IMG/VR virus record: IMGVR_UViG_3300011335_000619
Coordinates: 1 to 27,912 of that record
DNA length: 27,912 bases
Strand: one strand, 5' to 3'
Origin: a virus
Taxonomy: Duplodnaviria > Caudoviricetes
Each line of letters starts with the position of its first letter. The first letter of the stretch is position 1. The translations under genes were made by a program, and so were the position numbers. The notes below the pieces were generated by a model. That model saw nothing but the letters and a program-made list of their open reading frames with translations. It did no database searches and had not been told where the DNA came from. Below, piece after piece: positions 1 to 10,879 of the stretch.

Positions 1-320
1 ATGATGTTGTTTGGCTGATCAAGTAATACGTGGTCAACAGTGATCTTGTTACGAACAAGATACATTGCCTCTTCATACGACTTTGGCTTACCACGAACGG
101 CTGCTGGCTCAGTATTAATACCAGTCCAGTTTGGCTGTGGGATACCGCTGTTTAAATAGCGCACACCAACCTGCTTGAGGCTAGGTGAAGTGAAGAATGG
201 AATATCCTTGATGGCATTCCATGTTTGGTGAAGGCTCTTGGTAATTTCCTTAACCAGCGGGTCATTCGACAAAATTGCCTGATCCGCGAGGGTAAGGGCA
301 CCATTAAAGTCAATAGCCAT
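1..320 (-). CDS. Major capsid protein, N-terminal part (runs off the window edge)
   Basis: Not in the ORF track. ATG at 320 with a GGAG RBS at 330-333; open to base 1: MAIDFNGALTLADQAILSNDPLVKEITKSLHQTWNAIKDIPF...; directly follows portal and scaffold in canonical head-gene order; LTLAD-type N-terminus is common in HK97-fold capsid proteins. Confidence 0.8.
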   Translation of the reverse strand, partial: MAIDFNGALTLADQAILSNDPLVKEITKSLHQTWNAIKDIPFFTSPSLKQVGVRYLNSGIPQPNWTGINTEPAAVRGKPKSYEEAMYLVRNKITVDHVLLDQPNNI

Positions 321-333
321 TGTGACTTACTCC

Positions 334-1206
334 TTAAAGTTGATTCGGTGTTCTGCCAATACCAAGCAATCGACTAATAGTACTTATAGTACTTCGTGAC
401 TGCTGAGGACTAGCTTGAGAGACGGCCTGTTGATTGGAATACGATGTATCTATTGGTACAGGTTGCTGCATTCTAGATTGAATCGTTTGTGTCAACTGTG
501 GAATCATTGATTCAACAATTCCACTAATGTTGTCATGAACATACTGAGCAGCATCCATAGGATTAATACCGTTTTGAACTAAGCCATAAAACATGTCTTG
601 TCCACGGCGAGCATATGGAAACTCCTGCAATGCCTGATCCATCTGTTGAGAAACCATGTACTCAGACATTCGGTTCATGACACGGTCATAACGCATTTTT
701 TGAATTTCAGCATCTGCTCGTGCATCTGCTAGATCTTCTGGCATCATCTGATCGCGAGCAAAACCAGCATATTGTTCTTTAATCTGCTGTTCTTCGCGCT
801 CTAGATTCTGTCGCTGTAATGCACCTTGCAAATCAGCTGCGCTATTAAAACCGCTACCTTCTAATTGCTGGATGAGTTCAGACCAACGTTCCATCTGGCC
901 TTGAACTTCACGACCTTGACGGGCTTGTTCATTAACCTCGCGAAATCGTTCGTAAGGTACACTTCCCGGTTGATCACCTAAAAGATTGTCGTATAAGGAT
1001 TGTCGGAGTTCGGCCTCAATATCCGGTTCCGCACCATACTGATAATCTTCCTGTCCAGTATTACTGTAATTGACATCATTGTTTAACGCCCCATCTTGAA
1101 GGTGGGCGGCACCTTGTAATGAATCAATTAACGCTTCAGCTGCACCAAAATCGCCCGTCGCCGCTGCTGGTGAGTCAGCGGTTCGTGTCACCATCTCATC
1201 GGACAT
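334..1206 (-). CDS. Capsid scaffolding protein
   Basis: Lies between portal and capsid genes; acidic low-complexity N-terminus, VPYERFREVN motif typical of scaffolds, coiled-coil middle. Confidence 0.75.
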   Translation of the reverse strand: MSDEMVTRTADSPAAATGDFGAAEALIDSLQGAAHLQDGALNNDVNYSNTGQEDYQYGAEPDIEAELRQSLYDNLLGDQPGSVPYERFREVNEQARQGREVQGQMERWSELIQQLEGSGFNSAADLQGALQRQNLEREEQQIKEQYAGFARDQMMPEDLADARADAEIQKMRYDRVMNRMSEYMVSQQMDQALQEFPYARRGQDMFYGLVQNGINPMDAAQYVHDNISGIVESMIPQLTQTIQSRMQQPVPIDTSYSNQQAVSQASPQQSRSTISTISRLLGIGRTPNQL

Positions 1207-3518
1207 TACATTGTACTCCTATTTTCATTTCCATTGCCACCCATGAAGGAGGCATCCATCTGCGCATTCATTTGTTCTTCTTGCGCATTACTTGCAATCC
1301 CGGCTTTAGCTGTCTCTAATGCAATATCCGCTTCAAGCTTTGCACGTATTTCTGCAAGTTTTTCTTGAATCTTTAGTTGAGATTTTTGCTCTTCTTCTTG
1401 CATTGATAGTTGAGATTTAAGCTGTTCTTCTTCAGGATTAAAATTCGATTGTGGTTGCTTCTGTGATTCAGCCATTTGCATTTCCATCTGCTGTTGCTGC
1501 ATCGCCATTTGCTGTTCGCCAACTTGCTGCTGTTGAGCTTGCATCTGCTGGACCTTTTCATTTTGCTTTGCTAGGTGCTCTAGTATCTTGCTAGACTCTG
1601 GCATGTTTACCATTTCAACAAAGAGCTTATTTGTTTCTGGATCTGCAGGGTCACCAAAGACGCCCATTTGTCGCAATGTTGCATATTTCTGCAGTCGTGC
1701 ATCTGGTCCTTCGTCAAGACTTGATCCCGGTACGTAAACAATACGGAACTGACCACCATCACGGATTGCATCAAATCGCATGATGCCCTGTTCAATCTTG
1801 TCACTAGGAAGTTCGCCACCCTCAATATTTCCAACAAATGGAACAATAGCAAATTGATTTACTAAAGCAACTTCCCACTCTTTAATCCGAGCATTACTAA
1901 TTTCAACATCAGCCCTAATATATGAATGTTGTGTATTGTCAGCTTTCTGCAATAACCGAACAGACTCAGCGGGTGTTCCGGCAGATGCCATGCCTTGGCT
2001 TACATCATGTAATCCGGCAATATCCATCATGTCTTTTTCAACCATTTGTAGCAGAGGAAACAAATCTCCTCCAATACCCGGAGCACGTTGAATTTGCGGT
2101 GGATTAGAACCTCTATTGAAATACACTTTGCGGTATATGCGGTTCTTATCTTCAATAGTATCTGACTGATTATCGTATGCGTCTGCGCCTACATTACTTA
2201 ATCGCTCGATCATAATGTAGTCTTTTTGACTTTCAAACTGTTCTAATAAACGAGAGTAAATACGGTTATATGTAGACTGCAGGGCACACAAATCAAACCC
2301 TAAAGAATAACCATATGGCGTTCCTGATCGTGGCTGCCAACGCAATGGGACAAACGGAAATGAATCACGTTTGTCATAAGGCCAAATACCGGCATATAGC
2401 AATACAGTATTAGAAGAAACGATATATCTCCCTTTCGGGTAAAGAGACGTTGGTTTTTCCCAATACTCATAAACTACAGATGACAATTTACGTGTGTCAT
2501 AGTTATTGATACGGGCTGTCGATGGTGGAACCCATCCACGACCAGACCCATTGGCGCCCTCAAGGTAACTGTCAATATAACCACTGTTATGACCCATTAC
2601 TGCATCAGGTTGTACTAACTTACCAATGTCTCCATAACTATCCACAAACCAAGACAAAGGTTTAATCATGGCGTGTATCATCCAGCGGATGTCATCATCA
2701 CGCTTAGCTGATGGATCAATGTATACATCGAAGCATGGAAGAATTTGTTCTACAACATCGCCTACGGCCATCTGTTCATGACCAACAACGTTTTGCCCAG
2801 ACATGTCAAATTGAGGAACAACTTGTTCTCGTTTAGTATCCCAAAAGATTTTTAAATAACTTGTTCCTGTAACACAAGCCCATCGAACACGCTCTTTAAG
2901 TTGTGTTTCACGGTTAAACCTACGATTGTAGTGATGGATTAAATAGTTAGCTTCATCAGCCGCTTTACGATCATGCTCTGAATCAGATAGGGCTACAGCC
3001 GTTGCATCTGGACTACTCTGCGTTAACTTACCAATAACGCCGTCAATTAATGGGCGAATTTTATTTACTGTAATGTAACGATTAGGCTCATTTGGATTTT
3101 GTAAATTAACTAGGTTGCGACTGTTAGTATTAATCCGGAACCACTGCCGTCCCTCAAAGAATGCGGACGCCATCGCCCATTCAATTTCCATTTCACTACG
3201 TGAACGGTATGCAGTATCAAATTGTGTTTTAACAAAATCAACTACTTTGCGATCTTCTTCTGGCTGATCGCCGGGTACAAGTTTCCAGTCTTTGCGCTGG
3301 ATGTCTAATGATAGATTTTCTTTATCATCTAAAACTTTGTTTTTTAACGGTTGTGATCCGACCATACCCATTGCACTAGGTTTTGAAAACGCAGACATTT
3401 TAAACTTATTGTTTAACAAATTCTGAGGAATCATGCTACGTAAGGCATTAGGGTTGAGCCTACGCTGCGGTAACTCAGGTTGCATATTAGGATCCATTGG
3501 AGGCATACTCATACCCAT
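1206..3518 (-). CDS. Portal protein (P22-like)
   Basis: 770 aa downstream of TerL; FFEGRQW, NKIRPLID, DVYIDPSA, FPFVP and G-x-HDVSQG segments and a Gln-rich helical C-terminal barrel resemble P22-type portals. Confidence 0.88.
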   Translation of the reverse strand: MGMSMPPMDPNMQPELPQRRLNPNALRSMIPQNLLNNKFKMSAFSKPSAMGMVGSQPLKNKVLDDKENLSLDIQRKDWKLVPGDQPEEDRKVVDFVKTQFDTAYRSRSEMEIEWAMASAFFEGRQWFRINTNSRNLVNLQNPNEPNRYITVNKIRPLIDGVIGKLTQSSPDATAVALSDSEHDRKAADEANYLIHHYNRRFNRETQLKERVRWACVTGTSYLKIFWDTKREQVVPQFDMSGQNVVGHEQMAVGDVVEQILPCFDVYIDPSAKRDDDIRWMIHAMIKPLSWFVDSYGDIGKLVQPDAVMGHNSGYIDSYLEGANGSGRGWVPPSTARINNYDTRKLSSVVYEYWEKPTSLYPKGRYIVSSNTVLLYAGIWPYDKRDSFPFVPLRWQPRSGTPYGYSLGFDLCALQSTYNRIYSRLLEQFESQKDYIMIERLSNVGADAYDNQSDTIEDKNRIYRKVYFNRGSNPPQIQRAPGIGGDLFPLLQMVEKDMMDIAGLHDVSQGMASAGTPAESVRLLQKADNTQHSYIRADVEISNARIKEWEVALVNQFAIVPFVGNIEGGELPSDKIEQGIMRFDAIRDGGQFRIVYVPGSSLDEGPDARLQKYATLRQMGVFGDPADPETNKLFVEMVNMPESSKILEHLAKQNEKVQQMQAQQQQVGEQQMAMQQQQMEMQMAESQKQPQSNFNPEEEQLKSQLSMQEEEQKSQLKIQEKLAEIRAKLEADIALETAKAGIASNAQEEQMNAQMDASFMGGNGNENRSTM

Positions 3519-3649
3519 TCACCAACCTTTTCAATTAACTTCAAAAGTTTTTCAACTTTCAATTGTTGCAATGTCTTGTAAATCATATATTGACCGTATA
3601 AGTTAGCGCTCATGAAAAGTATAAATAAGATTAAAATAGTCAATTCCAT
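3509..3649 (-). CDS. Small 46-aa protein with N-terminal hydrophobic segment
   Basis: Not in the ORF track. MELTILILFILFMSANLYGQYMIYKTLQQLKVEKLLKLIEKVGEWV; start overlaps the TerL stop (TAATG), stop overlaps the portal start, and it fills the gap exactly. Confidence 0.7.
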   Translation of the reverse strand: MELTILILFILFMSANLYGQYMIYKTLQQLKVEKLLKLIEKVGEWV

Positions 3650-5397
3650 TACACGTAATCGTCCTTGTCTTTAGCTTCTAACCATTTAGGTTTACCACCT
3701 GATCCTGTAAATTCGGATTTACCAGCAATCTCAGGACATTTAACTGGATGTGTTCTCCACATGGCACCATATCGAAAACTATCAATTGCGTGATCGTTTT
3801 TTGTGCCGTTGTCAATTTCATCTCTATCTTTAGGACTTGCCATAGTGTCTGTAAGCTGTTTAATTAAGTTAGGGCAATTACGTCTCAATATACGTAACTT
3901 TGGACGAATGACACCATTGGTAGACTCTAAGTCAACCATAAGTTCTTTACATCGTTGCCAACCAGCTTTGCGATCTTTTACGGCTCTGACTGCTGGGAGT
4001 CCACGTTCCCACCAAATTTCAACAGGGTATTCACCAACACGTTCTTCAACTTTCATTGGAGGAAAAGTATTAGCATAGTCAAAAGCAATTGCTTCAAGCT
4101 TAGTGTTCCAAAACTTATCTCGCTGAGACATCTTTTTAGGTTGTGCAAGATTCTGTTTATCTAACACATCTATTACTGCCGATGCTTGTTCTGAACTAAC
4201 TTTTCCTGATTGATACCATTCATCAATAACATAAACGTTTTCACGCTCATCACTAGCAAATAAAAGAAAACAAGCTGGCGCCCCAGTTCCAAAGTCATGG
4301 CTGCCCCAAAATCTCCACCAAGGTTGAACGTTGATTGCGTCCACAACATGCCACGGCTCACCATTAATTCCATACTCTTTAAATTCAGGAAAGAACTTTC
4401 CACCAACGCCTACATCATGTTGGCACTCACGTAGAAATGGAAGTAATCCAAAGTCTTCTATCTCACGTTGGCAAACATCTAATGATTTGTGTGCCCACGT
4501 AGCTTTTCCGCCTGTAATTTTGTACGAGATACGACCATCTTCTTTTTCAACCGGTTCGTATTTTAAATCTTTTACGGCAGGAACAATTTTGCTTTGTATA
4601 CGGTTTTGCAGCATGTCTAATTCGCCGCTCAATACACGACTCATTACGCTATTAGAATGAATTGCATTCTGTACAAACACAATTGCAGAGTCAGTGCTTT
4701 TTGCTGGCAAAATAGTCTGTGTTATTGTTTGGATTTTCTTTTCAACTCTTGTAACAGAATCGTCCAATTCATCGATGTCGTCCAAAATAATAAAGTCAGG
4801 ACGTAGATGATCAAGCTTAACACCACGTGCACCGGTATCCAAACCAAAAGCCAAAACATTGAATCCATTAGCAGTTCGTAACTTGGATGCATTCCAACCT
4901 TTTGAAAAACCGTATTGATTGACAGCTCGTTCTATTCCACATCGTTCCATCACATTAGCAATATCACTAACGTGACGATTAGCAGCATCTTGTGTTGCAC
5001 ACACATACAAAACAAACCTGCGTGTAGCCCTCACAGCGGTCCTACACGTAATCAATTCAACCGTAGTGGACTTACCTCCACCACGAAACCAACATTCAAT
5101 GAGAGCGGGTGGTGTAATCCCGGTAGAAAATGAATCCGACCAATCCCATGCTCGAATATGATGCTCACCTAGTTCTGATGATGCTGCATGAGGAGCATAT
5201 GTTTTAAGCCATGTTCTGTAATCTAAATCAGCTCCAACTAATGGCGTTGCAATGCCAAAATCAAAGTCACCTGTATCAAGAGATGTTTCAATTTCATCGC
5301 TAAGAGCTTGCAATAAACTAATACTTAAAGACTGATTAGTTTTTACATATTGTTTTAATTGTCTTGGAGTAGACGCCTTATTTACTGAGATCTTCAT
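3649..5397 (-). CDS. terL: Terminase large subunit
   Basis: Walker A RGGGKST, Walker B IILDD, RNase H-like nuclease motifs HDFG and NDHAIDSFRY. Confidence 0.95.
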   Translation of the reverse strand: MKISVNKASTPRQLKQYVKTNQSLSISLLQALSDEIETSLDTGDFDFGIATPLVGADLDYRTWLKTYAPHAASSELGEHHIRAWDWSDSFSTGITPPALIECWFRGGGKSTTVELITCRTAVRATRRFVLYVCATQDAANRHVSDIANVMERCGIERAVNQYGFSKGWNASKLRTANGFNVLAFGLDTGARGVKLDHLRPDFIILDDIDELDDSVTRVEKKIQTITQTILPAKSTDSAIVFVQNAIHSNSVMSRVLSGELDMLQNRIQSKIVPAVKDLKYEPVEKEDGRISYKITGGKATWAHKSLDVCQREIEDFGLLPFLRECQHDVGVGGKFFPEFKEYGINGEPWHVVDAINVQPWWRFWGSHDFGTGAPACFLLFASDERENVYVIDEWYQSGKVSSEQASAVIDVLDKQNLAQPKKMSQRDKFWNTKLEAIAFDYANTFPPMKVEERVGEYPVEIWWERGLPAVRAVKDRKAGWQRCKELMVDLESTNGVIRPKLRILRRNCPNLIKQLTDTMASPKDRDEIDNGTKNDHAIDSFRYGAMWRTHPVKCPEIAGKSEFTGSGGKPKWLEAKDKDDYV

Positions 5398-6097
5398 CTA
5401 TTATCTCCGCATCTAGAATAGGATCATCTTCATCTTGGTACTGTTTTACCAACTTACTAATACCTGTATTAATAGCACGTAGTTCTTCAGGACTTTTAAT
5501 ATACGTTTTCATTAATCCATAAACTTGCATCACAAGACTAAAAGCCTGATCTACTTCTAGTGTGTAAGCTTTAACCTGCAACATGCGTTGTTCTGCTTCA
5601 ATAATGTCAGTACGTTTTTCAATTAACTTTACGACTTCATCACTTGCAGTTAATGCATCAGTGCCACGATCAATCAATGAAAGGAGTTCATTGGATGCGG
5701 CATTTAACTGATCAATGTCTCCAGCCTTAGAACAATTTACTACTGTCCTAACTAAACTTTTTATAGAGTTGTAATGCTCAACGCTGATTCCATCAGAAAT
5801 AGAAGCAGCTTTAATATCCATTAGAGCTGTCACAAAAGCAGCGTCATCTTTTAGCGAAAATAAATCTGGATCTTCTCGCAGCTCATTAATGCGTTGAAGT
5901 AACTGCTTACCTACTTCACTAAACCGTTTACGATAAGGAGATTTTAAACCGTGCATAAAACGTTGTTCGTGAACAACAGCTTTACTTTTTTTGTCATGCT
6001 TGTCGCAAAAATAAGAGCCAACTTTAGCATGCAAATCACATTTGGTTGTTACACCGTTTTTCCTATATGTTGCTGCGCACTGTTGCATGTTACTCAT
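5378..6097 (-). CDS. Probable terminase small subunit
   Basis: Immediately upstream of and overlapping TerL; N-terminal C..C..CxxH and HGL segment followed by a helical body. Confidence 0.6.
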   Translation of the reverse strand: MSNMQQCAATYRKNGVTTKCDLHAKVGSYFCDKHDKKSKAVVHEQRFMHGLKSPYRKRFSEVGKQLLQRINELREDPDLFSLKDDAAFVTALMDIKAASISDGISVEHYNSIKSLVRTVVNCSKAGDIDQLNAASNELLSLIDRGTDALTASDEVVKLIEKRTDIIEAEQRMLQVKAYTLEVDQAFSLVMQVYGLMKTYIKSPEELRAINTGISKLVKQYQDEDDPILDAEIIDEDLSK

Positions 6098-6116
6098 ACT
6101 ACATCAATAAGTAATA

Positions 6117-7094
6117 TTACGGTATAAACGAGTTTTCCATATTACGTCCAAATCCTGTAACTGAAGCTTTTAAGTCTCGTGTTATTTGAGGTCGTAAATA
6201 TTTCCACGCATCTTGAGCACCACTTGCAAAAGACATCATTTTGGGTTGTCCCTTACTATCCCTTAATGGTGTTTTGCCGTCACGCTCTGTGTAATACATA
6301 GGCCGACCTGCTCGCCTACTAAATTCGGCTTGAATAGGTGCAGCAATTTCTGACAAATAAGGAGCTACTTTTAATCCGGGATTTGTAATATCTGTTAGTA
6401 AATCTAAAACATTTTCTCCATAATTAGGTTTTCCGCCACGTCCCATAGCAGCTGCTTGTGTATGTCCTCTATATCCTTTTAATTGTTTTGGTAATTGAGC
6501 ATTAACAAACGGACGTACAAAATCACCTGCTTGCTTGCTAGATAAAAAATCAAGTAACGGATTAGCAGGAGTTGACGTTGATGCATATGGACTTAACTTA
6601 GGATCAAATGAAGCCATACTAGTTCTTGATTTAGGAAACATAGTGTCTTCTAAAGCTTTATCTATTTGTGGGAAATTTTGTTGATATAGAAAATCAATTA
6701 TTGTATTTGCCCATGGATTTGATACAGCTAAATTTTGACCCATGTCTAATCCAACATGAGTAAGTGCTTTTGAAATCTGATCCTTTTTTGAGGAAGGATC
6801 AAAACCTACTGTTCCTTCTTTAGTTAATCCATAATCCGAATCAGGCATTGCCATTCTTTCTAGTACTGAACGTACTAATAATGGCGTTTGACCAATCATC
6901 CCTAATGAATTTAATCCACGTTTATATCGTGCTACTTCAGGTCTAGTAGATCGATAAGCCTTATCATGTTCCGTACTAGCAAATACCTGAGCACCGGTGC
7001 GTTTGTCTGTACGTAATGGCTCATAAGCACTCCATGGCTGAGCAAGTCTTTCACGAGGTCTACCTATAGACCCAGTTAATTTAGGATCTTGCAT
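6117..7094 (-). CDS. Hypothetical protein, possibly virion-associated
   Basis: 325-aa ORF translationally coupled to the upstream gene (TAATG overlap at 7094); no recognisable motif. Confidence 0.6.
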   Translation of the reverse strand: MQDPKLTGSIGRPRERLAQPWSAYEPLRTDKRTGAQVFASTEHDKAYRSTRPEVARYKRGLNSLGMIGQTPLLVRSVLERMAMPDSDYGLTKEGTVGFDPSSKKDQISKALTHVGLDMGQNLAVSNPWANTIIDFLYQQNFPQIDKALEDTMFPKSRTSMASFDPKLSPYASTSTPANPLLDFLSSKQAGDFVRPFVNAQLPKQLKGYRGHTQAAAMGRGGKPNYGENVLDLLTDITNPGLKVAPYLSEIAAPIQAEFSRRAGRPMYYTERDGKTPLRDSKGQPKMMSFASGAQDAWKYLRPQITRDLKASVTGFGRNMENSFIP

Positions 7095-10000
7095 TACCGA
7101 CCTCCTTCACGCTGTTGTCGCATTTGAGATTGTGCTGTAAATGCGCCAAGTCCACCTATTCCTAATAGATTCCTAAATCCTTTTCCGCTTGGACCAACTT
7201 CACCAATTGTTGGTCTACCTGCTCGTTTTTCACGTGCTCTTGCTAACCTTGGATTTGTCAACTCTTCATTTTTAACATCTTCTGCTAACTTGTCATTAGT
7301 AATCAGTCCACGCTGTAATTGTAATCCAGCACCTTCAATTGGGTCCTTGGCACTAATACGTGCAACATCACCACGTACTGCTTTGCTTTCACCAGCAATT
7401 GTTCGCAATGCAGCTCTTGCAGTCGGGTCATTATATGCACCCATACTTGCAGGACGTGGACCCGGAAGTGGAACTCCCGTTTCAACAAGGCCAGCAATAT
7501 CGTTAATTGTCTGCAATGCCTTTAACCCATCGTCTCCAGACAATCTACGTAAAATACGTACGCCCGGACCAAGTGTTCCACTTAGATCAATTAGTTGTGG
7601 AGCTTTAGGGGATCGCTTAATCAACGCATCTAACTGAATTCCAAAATCTCGCATTTCTTGTTTAGTTAAACCCAATGGATTTAAACTTACATTGCGTACA
7701 TTTTTGTTTGGATCAAGAGAGGATAATGCGTCTGCCTTCTCTCTTTCAGGTAAAGAGTTTAACATCTGCAAAATCTGCTTGACGTTTCTGCGTTGGGTGC
7801 CTGTAGATTCACCAACAATTTCATCTACAAATGTTTTAAACTCTCCAAATTGTTTTTGTGCATTTGCATCACCTGACATAGAGTCACCAGATGCATTCAT
7901 TAATCGTCTTACTGTTGCAAGCGATTCATTACCTGTATCAGTTCCTTTATTAGCAACTCCTACTCCACGAGCAGCAACTTGCTGTGTGCCAATGCTGTCT
8001 TTTAACTTTTTAGTTAATGATTGAAGTTGATAATTAGCAGCCTGTCGCATTTTTAATGCTGTGCTATCACCACCTTTAAATTTGTAATTTAAATTAGTCC
8101 ATGAAGTTAACAGCTTGTCAAAGTCTTCATCAGTAAATAATGCGGCTCCTGCTGGCTTAGCAGATTTGACTCCTATGCGCTGAGCTTGTGCAGGAATTAT
8201 TGTTTGAACTGCTGGTTGATCTTTTCCTTGCTGTCCAACCTTTGATAGTTTTCCATCTTCACGTAACTGATCAATAAATGCATTAGTATCTGTTGCCGTT
8301 ACATTATTCTGTGGATACATAATTGCATGAATTAATCTATTTGCAATTGTTGGTGTAATGTTTGCCTTGTTACTTACGTATTGAGGTGACGTAGTTGTAG
8401 ACAACCCTAACATCTTAGGCTTAATTGCTTTTTTCCCAGCCGTAGACGCTGGTGTAAACGCACGTTCAATAAGTGATTGATATGTTGAATCACTTAATCC
8501 ACGTACCCATTCAACTCCAGCTTGACCAAGATTGGCAATTTTGTCAGCCTCAGGGCTATCAAATGGAGCAAACACACCAAAGTTAAATTGATCATCCTTG
8601 ATCTTAAAACTAGCGTTAGATAGTAAGCTTTGTTTTAATCCACTAACTAAAAGATCTTGCTTGCCTCGCTCCGGAGTATATTGAGTACCACTTTCAAGGC
8701 GACGTTTAGTTAGATCATTTGAAACATTTTTAGTAATGTCATTCCATGATGTTGGAAACACATTGCCAAGTACTGATTTGTTTAACCAAGGAGAAGATGT
8801 CTGATGAAGACGTGTCCAGTCAGTACCTCCTTTGTTCCGGAGTATTTCCGCACTAGCATTTAAATCATCTGTAACCTTACGCCATGTTTTTACTTTTTTA
8901 CCGTTTGGTCCTGTTTCATAAGTAAATGCAGAATCATTTTTCCATGATGTTGATAAGCCAGCTAATAACTGTTTAGGTAGATTTAATCTATTAATTATGT
9001 TTGCAATATATTGATTTACTACAGGCCCAGCACTTCCAGCTTTATTTGATCGACGCATAGCTACGTAAGTAGCTATGTTGTTAATGTCCTGTGGCTTTAA
9101 TGTTCCAGCGTCATTTACTTTTAACGCATTTTCAATTTGTGCCGTAAGTTGTTTTGCAATTGGAGTATCAGGATTATTAATAACTGCATCAATAAAGTTA
9201 GCGGCCGCTTGTGCTGCTTCGTTATAACCAACTGCGCCAATTGTTTTACTGCTGTTTAAAAATTCTTTTGCTAGTTGATTGCGTACAACTTTACCTGCAT
9301 CAGACAAAATAATTGGTGCAATGTTTTGCACACTAACTAAAGGTAACTTTGTTGCATCACTAATGTGTGTGCCTTCACCAAATGCTTTGTTGTCTACTCC
9401 ACCAATAAACGCAGACAATGCTTTGTTGTCTACAAATGATTTATTTAACTTACGGGTATACGCTGCAATATCTGCCGTATTGCCCTCTTTCAATCGGTCA
9501 AATGCACCATTGACTGATTCGGTCCATCCTTCGATAAGAGGTTTTGTTTGAGCAACAGTCCAACCACGTTGTACAGCTGTTTGATTAGCTGTAGCAATTC
9601 GCTGGATACCTTTAGCAATAGAAACAACTAATTCCTGAGCTGGAGCATTATTAGCATTGTCAACGTATGCTTGACCTAATGTTCCCCAAATCCCAAGATC
9701 TCGTCCACTTGAACCCATCCCCTGTACAATTTTTAATTGCTCACCCATAGATTTATTTGTGGCTTTAGCGCCAGCAATAATAGGAGTGAATGTACTTAAT
9801 AAATTTGCACTGCGTGTTGGATCGTAAAGGTCTAAACGTAAACGATTTGTGTCAAGCTGTGGCAAAGCACGAGGTAATAAATTGCCAGTAACTGTTGATT
9901 TAGGAGCATTGGCTGGAACGACTTGTTGCACGGCAGCAGCTTTTTTGCGTGGTACAAATTTTCCGTTGTTGATAACAAATCCACTGCTTGGATTAGAATT

Positions 10001-10642
10001 TACTTGACTTGAACCTTCGTTTACAATCCATGCAATTCTGTCCTGTTGAGTACCGGCACTAGGATAACCTTCAGGCTTAGGACGTTGTCCATTTAAATAT
10101 TGTTGCTCTAAAGAAGCTGCTGCATCTTGAACTGACCCAAACATTCTAGTAGATCGTACAGATGCGCGTGGATTACCAGTGTTTCCAGCTGGACGACTTC
10201 CAGATGGATTGTAAGGAACTACAGGATTAACAAGATTTGCTGACGATGATCCTACAACAGACGCTAAAAAATAATCGCCAATATCAGTCTTCTTTGGCGC
10301 AGGTGCAGGAGCCGGTGCTGGTTCAGGTGCAATTACTGGTTTTGGTGTGCCAAACGCCTCACCACCTAATGCTTTAATATGATCTACCGTTAAACCCGGA
10401 AACCTAGGAGACAGTTCACGGTACAGCCCTTCAATTGGCTCACCTGTACGTAACCTACGTTTAATGTCAGCACGTCCAGACATAGGAACAAGCTTCTCTA
10501 CTTCTTTGCGGAAATCAGGAGTAGTTGAAGTTTGTTCTGGCGGATTAGACTGTGGCAAACCAGCTGCATTGTTTGCACCTTTATTAGCGCCCGTCTGTCC
10601 AAATAACAAAGCTGTTAAAGCTGACATGTTTGCCGGATTCAT
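7094..10642 (-). CDS. Large hypothetical protein, candidate internal virion/ejection protein
   Basis: 1182 aa, Ala/Gln/Asn-rich, PAPAPAPA linker, C-terminal LLGIGGLGAFTA...RQQREGGR tail; located in the head-gene operon. Confidence 0.6.
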   Translation of the reverse strand: MNPANMSALTALLFGQTGANKGANNAAGLPQSNPPEQTSTTPDFRKEVEKLVPMSGRADIKRRLRTGEPIEGLYRELSPRFPGLTVDHIKALGGEAFGTPKPVIAPEPAPAPAPAPKKTDIGDYFLASVVGSSSANLVNPVVPYNPSGSRPAGNTGNPRASVRSTRMFGSVQDAAASLEQQYLNGQRPKPEGYPSAGTQQDRIAWIVNEGSSQVNSNPSSGFVINNGKFVPRKKAAAVQQVVPANAPKSTVTGNLLPRALPQLDTNRLRLDLYDPTRSANLLSTFTPIIAGAKATNKSMGEQLKIVQGMGSSGRDLGIWGTLGQAYVDNANNAPAQELVVSIAKGIQRIATANQTAVQRGWTVAQTKPLIEGWTESVNGAFDRLKEGNTADIAAYTRKLNKSFVDNKALSAFIGGVDNKAFGEGTHISDATKLPLVSVQNIAPIILSDAGKVVRNQLAKEFLNSSKTIGAVGYNEAAQAAANFIDAVINNPDTPIAKQLTAQIENALKVNDAGTLKPQDINNIATYVAMRRSNKAGSAGPVVNQYIANIINRLNLPKQLLAGLSTSWKNDSAFTYETGPNGKKVKTWRKVTDDLNASAEILRNKGGTDWTRLHQTSSPWLNKSVLGNVFPTSWNDITKNVSNDLTKRRLESGTQYTPERGKQDLLVSGLKQSLLSNASFKIKDDQFNFGVFAPFDSPEADKIANLGQAGVEWVRGLSDSTYQSLIERAFTPASTAGKKAIKPKMLGLSTTTSPQYVSNKANITPTIANRLIHAIMYPQNNVTATDTNAFIDQLREDGKLSKVGQQGKDQPAVQTIIPAQAQRIGVKSAKPAGAALFTDEDFDKLLTSWTNLNYKFKGGDSTALKMRQAANYQLQSLTKKLKDSIGTQQVAARGVGVANKGTDTGNESLATVRRLMNASGDSMSGDANAQKQFGEFKTFVDEIVGESTGTQRRNVKQILQMLNSLPEREKADALSSLDPNKNVRNVSLNPLGLTKQEMRDFGIQLDALIKRSPKAPQLIDLSGTLGPGVRILRRLSGDDGLKALQTINDIAGLVETGVPLPGPRPASMGAYNDPTARAALRTIAGESKAVRGDVARISAKDPIEGAGLQLQRGLITNDKLAEDVKNEELTNPRLARAREKRAGRPTIGEVGPSGKGFRNLLGIGGLGAFTAQSQMRQQREGGR

Positions 10643-10645
10643 AAC

Positions 10646-10879
10646 TTAACCTTTCATACCTTTGCCAATAACTAACTTGCCTTTTTTGATATGCTCTTTT
10701 TTTTCCATAGCCATTATCTGAGCTTTAGTAGGTGGCGTTTTTAAACCGTGTTCTTTCATCTCCATAAGGGGAAGGTTTTTAGAAGTAGGCGTATTTTTCA
10801 TGCCATGTTCTTTTTTTTCAACACCTAAAAGTCCGCTCCATGACAAACTGTTAATCCGCTTGTTCATTTTATTTAACAT
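10646..10879 (-). CDS. Small basic protein with three E-x-K-E-H repeats
   Basis: 77 aa, fills the gap between large genes exactly; Lys/Met-rich. Confidence 0.7.
   Translation of the reverse strand: MLNKMNKRINSLSWSGLLGVEKKEHGMKNTPTSKNLPLMEMKEHGLKTPPTKAQIMAMEKKEHIKKGKLVIGKGMKG

Noticed and set aside
6109-6128. Partial TTACGGTATA copy of the promoter-like motif
   Set aside because: Incomplete match, antisense to local genes, and explained by the codons at the end of the 325-aa gene.
10297-10330. PAPAPAPA repeat as a DNA tandem repeat
   Set aside because: Codons vary; it is an ordinary protein linker.
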